A stretch of DNA of 64,000 nt from an uncultured delta proteobacterium. GTDB taxonomy: Bacteria > Desulfobacterota > Binatia > JACPRU01. A program made the position numbers and the translations under genes. Of this stretch, positions 1 through 9,299 are shown one piece after another; position 1 is the stretch's first letter; every line of letters starts with the position of its first letter. The notes below the pieces were generated by a model. The model did no database searches and was not told the origin of the DNA. It was given only the letters and a program-made list of their open reading frames with translations. Location of the stretch: positions 448,001 through 512,000 of the forward strand of contig CAVUWD010000011.1 of assembly GCA_963745025.1 (NCBI GenBank), in the 5' to 3' direction.

Positions 1-197
1 ACGTTCATCGCCTGGGCGCCCACTTTACCGATGCAACCGCCGATGACCTGGCCGACCGCACCAGGCTCGACGCCAGCCCGCCGCAGCACCTCCATGATCA
101 CCTGACCGAGCAAGTCCGTGGGATGAGCCTTCGCAAGCGAGCCGTTTTTCTTGCCGATCGGCGAACGACCCGCTTCGACGATAACAACGTCAGTCAT
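1..197 (-). CDS. Thiolase (acetyl-CoA C-acyltransferase), N-terminal part; runs off window start
   Basis: Manual translation MTDVVIVEAGRSPIGKKNGSLAKAHPTDLLGQV...VGQVIGGC is a typical thiolase N-terminus; AGGAGG-type RBS upstream. Confidence 0.85.
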   Translation of the reverse strand, partial: MTDVVIVEAGRSPIGKKNGSLAKAHPTDLLGQVIMEVLRRAGVEPGAVGQVIGGCIGKVGAQAMN

Positions 198-583
198 GAA
201 TCCTCCTGACCGCGATGTACAAGAACGCCGCCGCTTTATCCATTCTCGGCGCCAGGTGATCTATCGTGTCGGCGTGAAGGCAGGCCAAAGCTCGCCTTCG
301 CGATCGCGTCGTCTGGAAGACTGCCGCACGGAAAGACCGCGGGAGATGGACTTAGCAAGCACTAGCGCCAGATCTCAAGAACGGGCCTGCCCCAATGCCG
401 TTTAGATAACACGGCGTCCTCGTCGGCGCGATACTCGTCGATGCCCGATCTCGAGTTCCCAGCGTTCGTGGTATCCCGAGCTCCGCCACCGCCCGCGCAG
501 CGAGGAGCTCCGCCAGGCGCAAGCACTCGCGGAAGCAGCGGGCCTCTGGCGATTCGATTCGCGCCGGCGGTAGAACGTGCCGC

Positions 584-1741
584 ATGCAGATCGAACCCTT
601 CCGAATCGCCGTTCCGGACACCGTTCTCCTCGACCTTCGCGAGCGCTTGTCGCGCACGCGCTTTCCCGACGAGATCCCGGGTTCGGGCTGGACGTATGGA
701 ACGAACCTCGCCTACTTGCGGGAGCTCGTCGCGTATTGGCGGGAGCGCTACGACTGGCGAGCGGCCGAAGCGGCACTGAACCGCTTTTCGCAGTTCCGGG
801 CCCCCGTCGGCGGCCTCGGCATTCACTTCATCCACGAGCGCGGCGTCGGCCCGAAGCCGCTGCCGCTGCTGATCACGCATGGCTGGCCTGGATCGGTCGC
901 CGAGTTCGTCGAGATCATCGGCCCGCTTGCCGACCCCGCCCGTCACGGCGGCGATCCGGCGGACGCCTTCGACGTGATCGCGCCATCGATGCCGGGCTAC
1001 GGCTTTTCCGATCATCCCACGGAAGGCGGGATGACGCCCGAGCGCATCGCCGGGCTCTGGGTCGAACTGATGCGCGGGCTCGGCTACGAGCGCTTCGCCG
1101 CACAGGGCGGCGATTGGGGCGCGATGGTCACGACGTATCTCGGCGCGCGCCACGCGGCACATCTCGTCGGCATCCATTTGAGCATGGTGATCGCGTTTCC
1201 GGAGAATGCCGCGAACCCCTCACTCGACGGCGTGAGCGAAGAAGAGCTCGCCGATCTCATGCGCGCGCGCGCGTTCATGAAAGAGGAAACCGGCTACCAG
1301 CGCATCCAGGGGACGAAGCCGCAGACGCTCGCCTACGCCCTCAACGACTCGCCCGCCGGCCTCGCCGCGTGGATCGTCGAAAAGTTCCGCACCTGGAGCG
1401 ATTGCGGCGGCGACGTCGAGCGGCGCTTTACGAAGGATCAGCTGCTCACCAACATCATGCTCTACTGGGTTCCGCAGACGGCGAACTCCTCGTGCCGCCT
1501 CTACTACGAGGCGATGCACGCCGGCCAGTTCGCTCCGCGCGATCTGCGCGTAGACGTCCCGACCGGCTGTGCGATCTTTCCCGGGGAGCTCGCGAGGCCG
1601 CCGCGGCGCTGGGCGGAGCGCGCGTTCAACGTCCAGCGCTGGACGCGCATGCCCTCGGGCGGCCATTTCGCGGCGATGGAAGAGCCCCGCGCGCTCGTCG
1701 AGGACATCCGCGCGTTCTTCCGACCGCTGCGCGGACGTTGA
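584..1741 (+). CDS. Epoxide hydrolase (microsomal/EHN type alpha/beta hydrolase)
   Basis: PFRIAVP N-terminus, HGWPGS, QGGDWG nucleophile, GGHFAAMEEP. Confidence 0.92.
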   Translation: MQIEPFRIAVPDTVLLDLRERLSRTRFPDEIPGSGWTYGTNLAYLRELVAYWRERYDWRAAEAALNRFSQFRAPVGGLGIHFIHERGVGPKPLPLLITHGWPGSVAEFVEIIGPLADPARHGGDPADAFDVIAPSMPGYGFSDHPTEGGMTPERIAGLWVELMRGLGYERFAAQGGDWGAMVTTYLGARHAAHLVGIHLSMVIAFPENAANPSLDGVSEEELADLMRARAFMKEETGYQRIQGTKPQTLAYALNDSPAGLAAWIVEKFRTWSDCGGDVERRFTKDQLLTNIMLYWVPQTANSSCRLYYEAMHAGQFAPRDLRVDVPTGCAIFPGELARPPRRWAERAFNVQRWTRMPSGGHFAAMEEPRALVEDIRAFFRPLRGR

Positions 1742-1928
1742 GCCCGCGCTTCCGACCTCGCAGGGCCGCTCCTCGGAAGCGATGTCCCTCTCCCGAAGAG
1801 CGATTCGTGTGTGCGAAGTCCCGCTCATTCTTCGCAACTACGCCGAAACCCTTCGGCACCTTGGCCAGACAGCCCACGCTGCCGAGCTGGAGACTCGAGC
1901 GGACACGTGGATCCACTCGAGTCGCTGA
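1742..1928 (+). pseudogene. Fragment of a tetratricopeptide-repeat protein C-terminus
   Basis: QGRSSEAMSLSRRAIRVCE...LRNYAETLRHLGQTAHAAELETRA resembles a TPR end; no start codon. Confidence 0.35.
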
Positions 1929-1949
1929 CCCGGAACCGGCACCATCTGG

Positions 1950-2540
1950 GCAAAAAAAACAGGATCTGATCGATCACGGGCGGGTCGGTGATCACCGACA
2001 CGATGGTCATCTCGATCCGGCATTTGGGGCACAGCAGCGGGTCCACCTCGAGGATGCGCCGCAAGAGCCTTGCCCATGAGGCGCGGCTGCGTTTTCGCTC
2101 GGGAGAGAGGGTCTGTGGCGGATCCTACCCGGGGCGCTTGTCCCGGGGCGGGCGGCAGCCACCGAATCTTCCTGCGCCCCGGGTGCGCGAGGCGTAGGCG
2201 CCGTAATAGCGTACGACGTGTTGGCGGCGGTCGGGGATCTGGGTGGTGATGGTGTGGATCCACTCCAGGGGATCGAGAACGAGCTCGGTCGCGCCGCTTC
2301 TCGGATCGGGCGGCGTGGTGATCCGGACACGGCCTTGGTTGCCGATCTCGATTGTGTCGATGCGGATCGGGGCCCGCGTGATGCAACGTACGAGCCTCTC
2401 CAGCGAACGGTGGTCTTCGGCTTCGACGGGCTCGTCTCGGTGCACCGAGAACCCCGACCTCTGCCAGGACAGGAGACTGTTGCGGAACTCCTCCGAGAGA
2501 CGCTTCGCTCGGTGTAGCCGCCCGAGAACGAGGTGGCCAA
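1950..2540 (-). mobile_element. IS91-like (Y2/HUH) transposase remnant, C-terminal half, interrupted
   Basis: LLSWQRSGFSVH, LERLVRCITRAP (Cys where RYI Tyr is expected), LDPLEWI...VRYYGAY, and LRRILEVDPLLCPKC...ITDPPVIDQIL split over two ORFs. Confidence 0.75.
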
Positions 2541-3105
2541 GGCCGGCTTTTGGATCGTCGAATCAACGGGGACTTCACGAGCTCTACGCAAACGGCGTAA
2601 GAGTGCGTCGGTGCCTGCGCCCGGTCGAAACTGCCCGTGCCCTTGCGGCTCGGGCGTCAAGTACAAGAGGTGCTGCCTGCCCAGGGATGAAGCGGCGAGG
2701 CCCAAGACCGCGCCACCACCACCACCACCCAGCCGCATCATCCACCATCGAGGGCGCCCGCTGATGGTCTCCGGCGGCGATCTCCATCCTGGCCTGCTCG
2801 ATCATGCCGTCGACTACTTCGAAAAGAAGAATCGTGGCGAGGGTCCGGCTGCGCAGATGGCGCGGTTCGTCGAGCCCCTGCTCGAAGCGGCCGGCGGCGA
2901 TCCGGCGGGCATGGAGCGCGCCTTCAGCCTCGGCATGGTGTTCTGGAACCTCGCGCTCTGCGAGGGCGATCAGCGGGAGACGATGCTCGCCGATCTCGCA
3001 CGGACACTCGCCAAGAACGAGGATGACGCGGTCGAGTTCCGGTCCCTCGCCCTCAGCATGGTCGAGCGCCACCGGATGATGTTCCCTGGGCTGCACAGGA
3101 AGTAG
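2533..3105 (+). CDS. SEC-C motif protein (start uncertain)
   Basis: GRNCPCPCGSGVKYKRCC. Confidence 0.7.
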   Translation: MAKAGFWIVESTGTSRALRKRRKSASVPAPGRNCPCPCGSGVKYKRCCLPRDEAARPKTAPPPPPPSRIIHHRGRPLMVSGGDLHPGLLDHAVDYFEKKNRGEGPAAQMARFVEPLLEAAGGDPAGMERAFSLGMVFWNLALCEGDQRETMLADLARTLAKNEDDAVEFRSLALSMVERHRMMFPGLHRK

Positions 3106-3136
3106 GGATAGGGAGTAGGGATAGGGAGTAGGGGGG
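3105..3136 (+). repeat. Tandem GTAGGGATAGGGA repeat / G-quadruplex-forming motif
   Basis: GGG-ATA-GGG-AGTA-GGG-ATA-GGG-AGTA-GGGGGG between two CDS. Confidence 0.7.
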
Positions 3137-3140
3137 AGCA

Positions 3141-4001
3141 GTGTCCGAGAGGCGGGCAAGCGACGACGTCCGCACGAGCGAAACTCGCGCCATCGTCCGG
3201 CGGCTCATCGATGTCGGGGAGGGTCTGCCTGACAGTGTCCGCCGCGACATCGTCGATCTGAGCGACGCTGCCGTGTCGCCGCTCCTGGAGATCCTCGAGG
3301 ACGCGAGTCTCGCCCTGGGGAACGCTCCAGGCGCCGGCTGGGCACCCGTCCACGCGGCTCGACTGCTCGGCGAGCTGCGTGCGGCTCGGGCGGTCGAGCC
3401 CATGCTGGGTGTCCTCGCCCGGACCGACCCACTCGATCTGCTTCACGATCAGCTCCTCAACTCGCTACCCGCGATCGGCGCGTCCGTGGTCGAGCCGGCG
3501 CTGCGCGCCTACGCCGCGAACGACGACCACGACTTCCGGGTGAGCGTCGCCTCGGTCCTGGCGCGAACCGGCGTCCGCGACGACCGCGTTTTCACCGTGC
3601 TCCTCGACACCCTCGAGACGAAGCCCTCGCACGGTGCCGGTGACCTGGCCGAGTACGGAGACGAACGGGCTGTCCCGCACCTCTCCAGCGCCTTCGACGA
3701 CCACGGGATCGTCGAGAGCGACAGCCCGCTCGCAAACCAGGATCTCGTCGAGCTACGGGCGGCGATCGAGGAGCTGGGCGGCAGCCTGACGCCCGCGCAG
3801 GACGAGAAGTACGCCCGGGCGCTCGAACCAGCCGAGCGCTGGCGACGGCAGATGCAGGCAGCACTCGAGTCGCGCGAAGCGGCCCGGCGGCGAACGCAGC
3901 CCGGCCGCAACGACCCGTGCTGGTGCGGCAGCACGAAGAAGTACAAGAAGTGCCACCTCGTCGCCGACCAGAATCACGCGTCGACCGACCGAGCCCGCTG
4001 A
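3141..4001 (+). CDS. HEAT-repeat-like protein with C-terminal SEC-C motif
   Basis: HAARLLGEL..AVEPML and LAEYGDERAVPHL helical repeats; GRNDPCWCGSTKKYKKCH. Confidence 0.75.
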   Translation: MSERRASDDVRTSETRAIVRRLIDVGEGLPDSVRRDIVDLSDAAVSPLLEILEDASLALGNAPGAGWAPVHAARLLGELRAARAVEPMLGVLARTDPLDLLHDQLLNSLPAIGASVVEPALRAYAANDDHDFRVSVASVLARTGVRDDRVFTVLLDTLETKPSHGAGDLAEYGDERAVPHLSSAFDDHGIVESDSPLANQDLVELRAAIEELGGSLTPAQDEKYARALEPAERWRRQMQAALESREAARRRTQPGRNDPCWCGSTKKYKKCHLVADQNHASTDRAR

Positions 4002-4167
4002 TGATGTCTGCCCCCGCCGTCGGGCCGATCGCCCGGAAGATCCTCACGTCGATCCACACGCTCGAGACCAAACGGTCGCCAACCTCGCCGCCCGGCGCCA
4101 AGGTCAGCACGAGACGGAACGCATCTTCCGCGAGACCCTCGACGACAACACCCACGTCGAGATCAGG

Positions 4168-4608
4168 ATGAAGGACGACCCGGACGTCCTGGAGTCCTGC
4201 GCCTGGGGCTTGATCTACGCGATCGGCGTCCTCCCGTTCGCCGACGTGCGCCCACGCGGCAGCTCCGAGATCGACTTCCAGGACAAGGACGAGTGGACCG
4301 TGGCCGACATGCTGCGTCACTTGACCTTCGTGCGCGGCAGGCTCCACTTCCACGCTGACTACGTGCGCGGCCGGATGCTGAAGACGACCGTCGAGATCGA
4401 CAAGGACGGCAAGATCCTCCTGGAGACGATCAACCGGGGCGAGACAGCGGACCCGTTGGGTCGCAGAAGCTCCTGGCCCTGGTCGGCAACGGACCGCCCG
4501 AGCAGGGGTCACCCTGACGCAGCTCGGCACTCGCCTCCTTGGCCAGTCAGCGGCAGCGTACTTCTCCGCGGGGGGAGAGCAGCACGGTGTATCTCGATGA
4601 TGCAATGA
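4168..4608 (+). CDS. Hypothetical protein, probably truncated or frameshifted at both ends
   Basis: Protein-like core (HFHADYVRGRMLKTTVEI..LETINRGE) that degrades into low-complexity sequence. Confidence 0.45.
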   Translation: MKDDPDVLESCAWGLIYAIGVLPFADVRPRGSSEIDFQDKDEWTVADMLRHLTFVRGRLHFHADYVRGRMLKTTVEIDKDGKILLETINRGETADPLGRRSSWPWSATDRPSRGHPDAARHSPPWPVSGSVLLRGGRAARCISMMQ

Positions 4609-4642
4609 GCCAGCCCGAGCAGTCCTCCTGCCGTCGTCACGG

Positions 4643-5203
4643 ATGCACGCCGTCATGAAGGCTCCGTTCACCGCACGTCAGGGAGAGTTTCTGGCTTTCA
4701 TCTATCGCTTTACCGTCCACTACGGCACTGCACCCTCTTTCGAGCAGATCGCGGACCACTTCGGCGTCAGCTCCCCGAGCGTCAATGGGATGATCAAGAC
4801 GCTCGAGCGTCGCGGGCTGCTGAGCCGCGTTCCCGGTGTGGCGCGATCCCTGCGCGTGCTTGTGCCCACATCTTTGCTACCGGGGAGCGAATTCGGATCG
4901 GGCTCGCGAGCCCGCCGCAGCATGGGCTCACGCCGGCACGACACGGCGGCGGTGCCTCCGGTAGACATGGCCGTGACAGCCGCTATTGCGGTGCTGGAAG
5001 TGTTGCTGCCCGATCTCCAAGCCGCAGACAAAGCTGCAGCGGTGCGGCAAGCGGCGAATGCCGTTCACTCGTCGCTGGCCAAGATGGGGCTCGGCGACCA
5101 TGAGGCGCTCGTGGTAGCTCGGCGCGTGGCGGCAGAAGTGTCCCGATGGCATCTTGATGGACGGGGTACGTTCGTCCATCGGCGTCGATGGACGAAGCGC
5201 TGA
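4643..5203 (+). CDS. LexA-type winged-HTH DNA-binding protein without peptidase domain
   Basis: FTARQGEFLAFI...APSFEQIADHFGVSSPSVNGMIKTLERRGLL..PGVARSL; no Ala-Gly cleavage site or S24 domain seen. Confidence 0.7.
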   Translation: MHAVMKAPFTARQGEFLAFIYRFTVHYGTAPSFEQIADHFGVSSPSVNGMIKTLERRGLLSRVPGVARSLRVLVPTSLLPGSEFGSGSRARRSMGSRRHDTAAVPPVDMAVTAAIAVLEVLLPDLQAADKAAAVRQAANAVHSSLAKMGLGDHEALVVARRVAAEVSRWHLDGRGTFVHRRRWTKR

Positions 5204-5849
5204 TCCCCGCTCGACCCACGCGAGGGCTTCGTGACGCTTGCGGCGAGACTCGAGAAGGCGGGCGATGGTCAGGCAGTCCTCCGGCGTGAGCCCCGTGCGC
5301 TCGCAGATTTCTAGGTAGGCGACGATGTCGCGCCGCGCGGCGAGGATCGCTCTCAGACTTCACCCCAGCGACGGCGGAGGTAGTCCCGGCCTTCCGCCGC
5401 CTCGAACCGGCGTCTCACTTCCTGCTCGAACGCCGAAAGCCCCTTGCGTCCGAACGCTCTGGCCGCGTCCGCTTCGGGCCGGTGGCAGAATCCGTATGGG
5501 TCCTCCTCCATCTGCGCGGCGAGCTTCCTCGCCGTGTCGGCGGGGTTGGCCCCCGCGGCTCGCCGCACAGCGATCCGGCGGCAGAAGAGGCTCGCCACGA
5601 ACGAGCCGAAGGCCCTGCCTGAGTCGTCCACCTCCTCGGCCTTCTCGTGGCATCCAGCGATGAAAGTCTCGTAACCCGGCCGGCGCGCTCCGCCTCGCCT
5701 CGTCGGACGAGTTTCCAGATGTCCTCGTCGAGCGCCTCCAGGTCCTCGACGAACGAAGCGACGGCTCGCCGGAACACGAATCGACCCGGCTCGAGCGCGT
5801 CCGTGATCGCGGCCTCCAGAGGGTCCGCCGACCGCTTCCCCGAGCTCAT
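5203..5849 (-). pseudogene. Frameshifted conserved-hypothetical helical protein
   Basis: Protein-like segments in successive frames (DALEPGRF..., YETFIAGCHEKAEEVDDSG..DPYGFC, ALAWVERG). Confidence 0.45.
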
Positions 5850-5852
5850 CAG

Positions 5853-6146
5853 CTACGCGCTCCGTCGAACGTGGTCCTCGAGCAACCGGTGGATCAGCGT
5901 TTGGTAGCCTACCCCCTCGCGAGTCGCCTCCACGCGAAGCGCGCGCAAGACGTCGGGGTCGACGCGGATCGCGATCAACTCGCGCGCCGAGCGGCCGAAA
6001 GGCGGCCGACCCACCCGCCGGGTCCGCTTCAACTGCTCGTCCGTCAGCTCCGGGACGTCCGAGAAGTCAATCTTCTCGTCTCGCGTATGCCGCCCTCTCT
6101 TTGCGGCTCGCCCGCCGCGCGCTGATGATGCGGATCGCTTCGCCAT
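5853..6146 (-). CDS. brnA: BrnA-family antitoxin
   Basis: IDFSDVPEL...GRP...IAIRVDPDVL...GVGYQTLIHRLL; overlaps the toxin gene. Confidence 0.85.
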   Translation of the reverse strand: MAKRSASSARGGRAAKRGRHTRDEKIDFSDVPELTDEQLKRTRRVGRPPFGRSARELIAIRVDPDVLRALRVEATREGVGYQTLIHRLLEDHVRRSA

Positions 6147-6354
6147 CTGAAGACCTCCTGACCATGTAGACAACCGTGAGCACTCGACCCTCGTCCGAAA
6201 GGCCGATGCGCAAGCTTCTCTGCTCCCCGCCTGAGTGCGCCTCGTCGGCGAGGTCCAATCCCTCGGGATCCGAGAAGATCGACGCCGCCTCGAAGAAGGT
6301 GACGCCGTGCTTTTCGAGATTCCGTGTCGCCTTCTCGGGGTCCCAGCGGAACAC
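6067..6354 (-). CDS. brnT: BrnT-family ribonuclease toxin
   Basis: FRWDPEKATRNLEKHGVTFFEA..IRIISARRASRKER; GTATATAC palindrome just upstream (6361-6368). Confidence 0.9.
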   Translation of the reverse strand: MFRWDPEKATRNLEKHGVTFFEAASIFSDPEGLDLADEAHSGGEQRSLRIGLSDEGRVLTVVYMVRRSSDGEAIRIISARRASRKERAAYARRED

Positions 6355-6647
6355 GGTTCTGTATATACCAAAAGGGCCGGGAAGTCTATGATCGGGCAGA
6401 CGCCCGACCTCGGGATAGAGGATCTGCCGAACGTGCCGGCATGAGACGTCCAGGAGTTGTTCGCCTACGTCGCGGACGCTTAGCACCGGCTCCAAAGCGA
6501 GAGACCCGCCGCACGTACCTGTTACGAAACCGAGCGCCGCGTCGCCGCCTCCCGCATCGTCAGGCTCGCCGCCTCGTTGTCGATGTACGCATCCGCCGTC
6601 CTCCGACCCACCGCCTGGGGAGAGGTAAGTGAAAGACCGTACGTACC

Positions 6648-8009
6648 TCAATCCGCGCTCGGCCGTGCGAGGTCGAGGAGCTCCGACGCCCGTGGGATCC
6701 CGTCGACGCCGAGCGCGGCCGTTGCAAGCCTGGCCGCTCGCTCCGCCCCGAGGCACGGCTCGGCGAGCGCGTCGAACTTGCGGCGCAGGCGGGACCGCTG
6801 CTCCGAGAGGTCGGTCGCAGGTACGCCCGTATCCGCTTCCGCCTCGAACCGGCGCGTGCCGGCCAGGACCGCGACCCTCGCACGCGTGACCTCACGATCC
6901 GCGTCGGCCACCACGCGGACGCGATCCCGCAGCCGGATGAGCGCGGGATCCGCCATTCGCCGATCGCTGTACGTCGCGAGATCGGCCGTGTCGACGCCGA
7001 GGAGCGCCATCGCCGTCGTCGCGCGTAGGCTGAACTTCCCTTCGAGCCCGGTTCTCGGCTCGGCGATGTTGCAGACGCGGAGCAGCGCGGGCGCGACGGT
7101 CAGCTCGACGTCGTCGATCGCGGCTGGATCGATGTCGTGCCGCTGACGCAGGCCGCGCCCCGCCTCGATCGCCGCGTGGGTCAAATAGCACGCGGCGTGG
7201 TACTTGAAGAGCGTGTCGCGGACGAGGAAGCGTCCGCGCAAGCGATCGAGCCGCGAGATCTCGGGCCGATCGCCGGCGTGCGTCTCAAGGAATCCCTGCT
7301 TCGCCTCGAGCACGTCCGCGGCCGCCGTGAATCCGCCGCGCGCCAGTAGCGCCGCGAGCAACCCCGCCGAAGCCGCGCGACCCGCATGGAGCGGCTTGGT
7401 CATCGTTCCGAACGCCGACTTGAGCCCGGCCGCCTGGCTGCCGGCGAGGCCCATCGCGTGAAGCCATTGGCCGGCGCCGAGCCCGAGCAGATGCGCAGAG
7501 GCCGCCGCCGCGCCGAACGTGCCGAGCGTCGCGGTCGAGTGGAAGCCGACCTCGTAGTGCTGTGCGCCGAGCAGGACGCCGAGGCGGCACTCGAGCTCGA
7601 TCCCGGCGACGAGCGCAGTCAGCAGCGCTCGCCCCGTCACCGCCTCGCGATCGGCGAGCGCGAGAAGCGCCGGCAACACGGGGACCGTCGGGTGGCCGGT
7701 CATCCGCATGTGCGTGTCGTCGAAATCGAGCGCGTGGCCGGCTGCGCCGTTCACGAGGGCCGCCGTCAGGCGCGTGGCACGCTCGGGGCGCCCGACGAGG
7801 CGGGCTTCCCCCGAGCCCTCGGGACGGACGATCGTCTCGACGAGAATGCCGACCAGAGGCTCGCGAACGCCGGCGAGCGCAACCGCAAGGAAGTCGAGCA
7901 GACAGTGCCGCGCCGCCTCTCGGGCGTCTTCGGGGATCTCTTCGTAACGAAGCTCGCGAACCGAATCGACGAGCGCTTGGGTGACTGCGGCTCCGGCTTC
8001 ATCGTTCAT
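6648..8009 (-). CDS. MmgE/PrpD family protein
   Basis: NGAAGHALDFDDTH, GHP, GFH, KPLHAG, FKYHAAC, KFS motifs. Confidence 0.92.
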   Translation of the reverse strand: MNDEAGAAVTQALVDSVRELRYEEIPEDAREAARHCLLDFLAVALAGVREPLVGILVETIVRPEGSGEARLVGRPERATRLTAALVNGAAGHALDFDDTHMRMTGHPTVPVLPALLALADREAVTGRALLTALVAGIELECRLGVLLGAQHYEVGFHSTATLGTFGAAAASAHLLGLGAGQWLHAMGLAGSQAAGLKSAFGTMTKPLHAGRAASAGLLAALLARGGFTAAADVLEAKQGFLETHAGDRPEISRLDRLRGRFLVRDTLFKYHAACYLTHAAIEAGRGLRQRHDIDPAAIDDVELTVAPALLRVCNIAEPRTGLEGKFSLRATTAMALLGVDTADLATYSDRRMADPALIRLRDRVRVVADADREVTRARVAVLAGTRRFEAEADTGVPATDLSEQRSRLRRKFDALAEPCLGAERAARLATAALGVDGIPRASELLDLARPSAD

Positions 8010-8122
8010 GCGATCCCCTTAGCAAAAAAGCGCCACGCACGCCGCCTCCGGCTGCTTGCCGGAACTGAGAGAAGGGCGCGAGGGGCGCCAGGGATCACGC
8101 GGCCGGCGGTGGCCGACGTCGA

Positions 8123-8605
8123 TCACGAACGCTCCTCGATGATGCCGTCACGGCGGAGGGCCCAGAAGCGAGCCGGCTCATCATTCGAGACGGCCGTGAA
8201 CGACCAGCCCACGTGCGCGCGGCAGCGTCCGCAGCACGCGACCTCCCACGCATAGCCCGGATACCACGCGAACTCGGTCGTCGGCGGGCCGGCCACGGCG
8301 AGATTCTGCGCCCAGCGAACCGTCACGACTTCGTGCAGGAAGCCGTGCGGGTTGAGGAACGTTTGCGCCGTCCCCGAGGCGCTCATCGCGAAGACCGCCG
8401 ATGCGTCGCTCAGCGGCTCGCCGCACTGGCGACAAAGGATCCGCTTCGGCCGCTCGGCCGATTCTCGGTCCGCAGGAAGCGGCCCCTGCGCCCTATCCTT
8501 CGCCGGCGCGGACGACCCCGATCGGGCATCCCACGCCGGTGCCGCCGAGGCCGCAGTAGCCCCTGGGATTCTTCGCGAGGTACTGCTGGTGGTACTCCTC
8601 TGCAT
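8123..8605 (-). CDS. Cereblon-family (CULT/thalidomide-binding) domain protein; start unclear
   Basis: CRQC...FLNPHG...[21 protein letters not shown]: two CxxC plus three cage tryptophans; nearest in-frame ATG (8605) lies inside msrA. Confidence 0.85.
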   Translation of the reverse strand: MQRSTTSSTSRRIPGATAASAAPAWDARSGSSAPAKDRAQGPLPADRESAERPKRILCRQCGEPLSDASAVFAMSASGTAQTFLNPHGFLHEVVTVRWAQNLAVAGPPTTEFAWYPGYAWEVACCGRCRAHVGWSFTAVSNDEPARFWALRRDGIIEERS

Positions 8606-9152
8606 AGTAGAACTCCGGCGCGTCGCGAATCTCGGTCGTGATCGGCCCGAAGCCGGCGCCGGCGAGTCGCTGCTGATAGAGCGCGCGCGACGCCTCAGCG
8701 GCTTCGCACTGTGCCGGCGAGGCGCAGTAGATCGCGGAGCGGTATTGCGTGCCGACATCGTTGCCCTGGCGCATCCCCTGCGTCGGGTCGTGATCCTCCC
8801 AGAAGATCTTCAACAGCGCCGAGAAACTCGTGCGCTTCGGGTCGAATACCACGCGCACCACCTCGGCGTGGCCCGTCAGCCCGCTGCAGACTTCCTCGTA
8901 GGTGGGGTTCGGCGTCGAGCCGCCCGCGTAACCGACGGCGGTCGAGTAGACCCCCCCGGCTTCCCAGAACTTCCGCTCGGCGCCCCAGAAACAGCCCATG
9001 CCGAACAGCGCGAGCTCCATGCCGTCGGGGAACGGCGGCGCCAGCCGGTTTCCGCTGACGAAATGACGATCGGGTACGGGCATCGTCCGCGCCCGGCCCG
9101 GAAGGGCTTCGGCGGGAGATGGGACGTCGAGGTGGCGCTTGAAGAGGCTCAT
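8493..9152 (-). CDS. msrA: Peptide methionine (S)-sulfoxide reductase, cytoplasmic
   Basis: [45 protein letters not shown]. Confidence 0.95.
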   Translation of the reverse strand: MSLFKRHLDVPSPAEALPGRARTMPVPDRHFVSGNRLAPPFPDGMELALFGMGCFWGAERKFWEAGGVYSTAVGYAGGSTPNPTYEEVCSGLTGHAEVVRVVFDPKRTSFSALLKIFWEDHDPTQGMRQGNDVGTQYRSAIYCASPAQCEAAEASRALYQQRLAGAGFGPITTEIRDAPEFYYAEEYHQQYLAKNPRGYCGLGGTGVGCPIGVVRAGEG

Positions 9153-9299
9153 GAGAATGGCTGTAGATCGGCGGCCCTGCTGGGTCAACGCGGCGGGATC
9201 GGGTCGTCACTACGCGCTCGCCCGCGAATCCGGCAACTGCGCGGACGGAACGCTCGCCGTGGGGCGTGGACTTGCGCTACTACTAGACACTCCGGGATC

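Noticed and set aside
4643-5203. True lexA / SOS repressor
   Set aside because: Only the N-terminal HTH is present; there is no autocleavage site or Ser-Lys peptidase domain.
8352-9299. N-terminal extensions of the MBL ORF (621 aa) and of the EutBC ORF (1000 aa from 9326)
   Set aside because: They overlap msrA antisense or the MBL gene off-frame; recognisable domains begin at 9300 and 10214.
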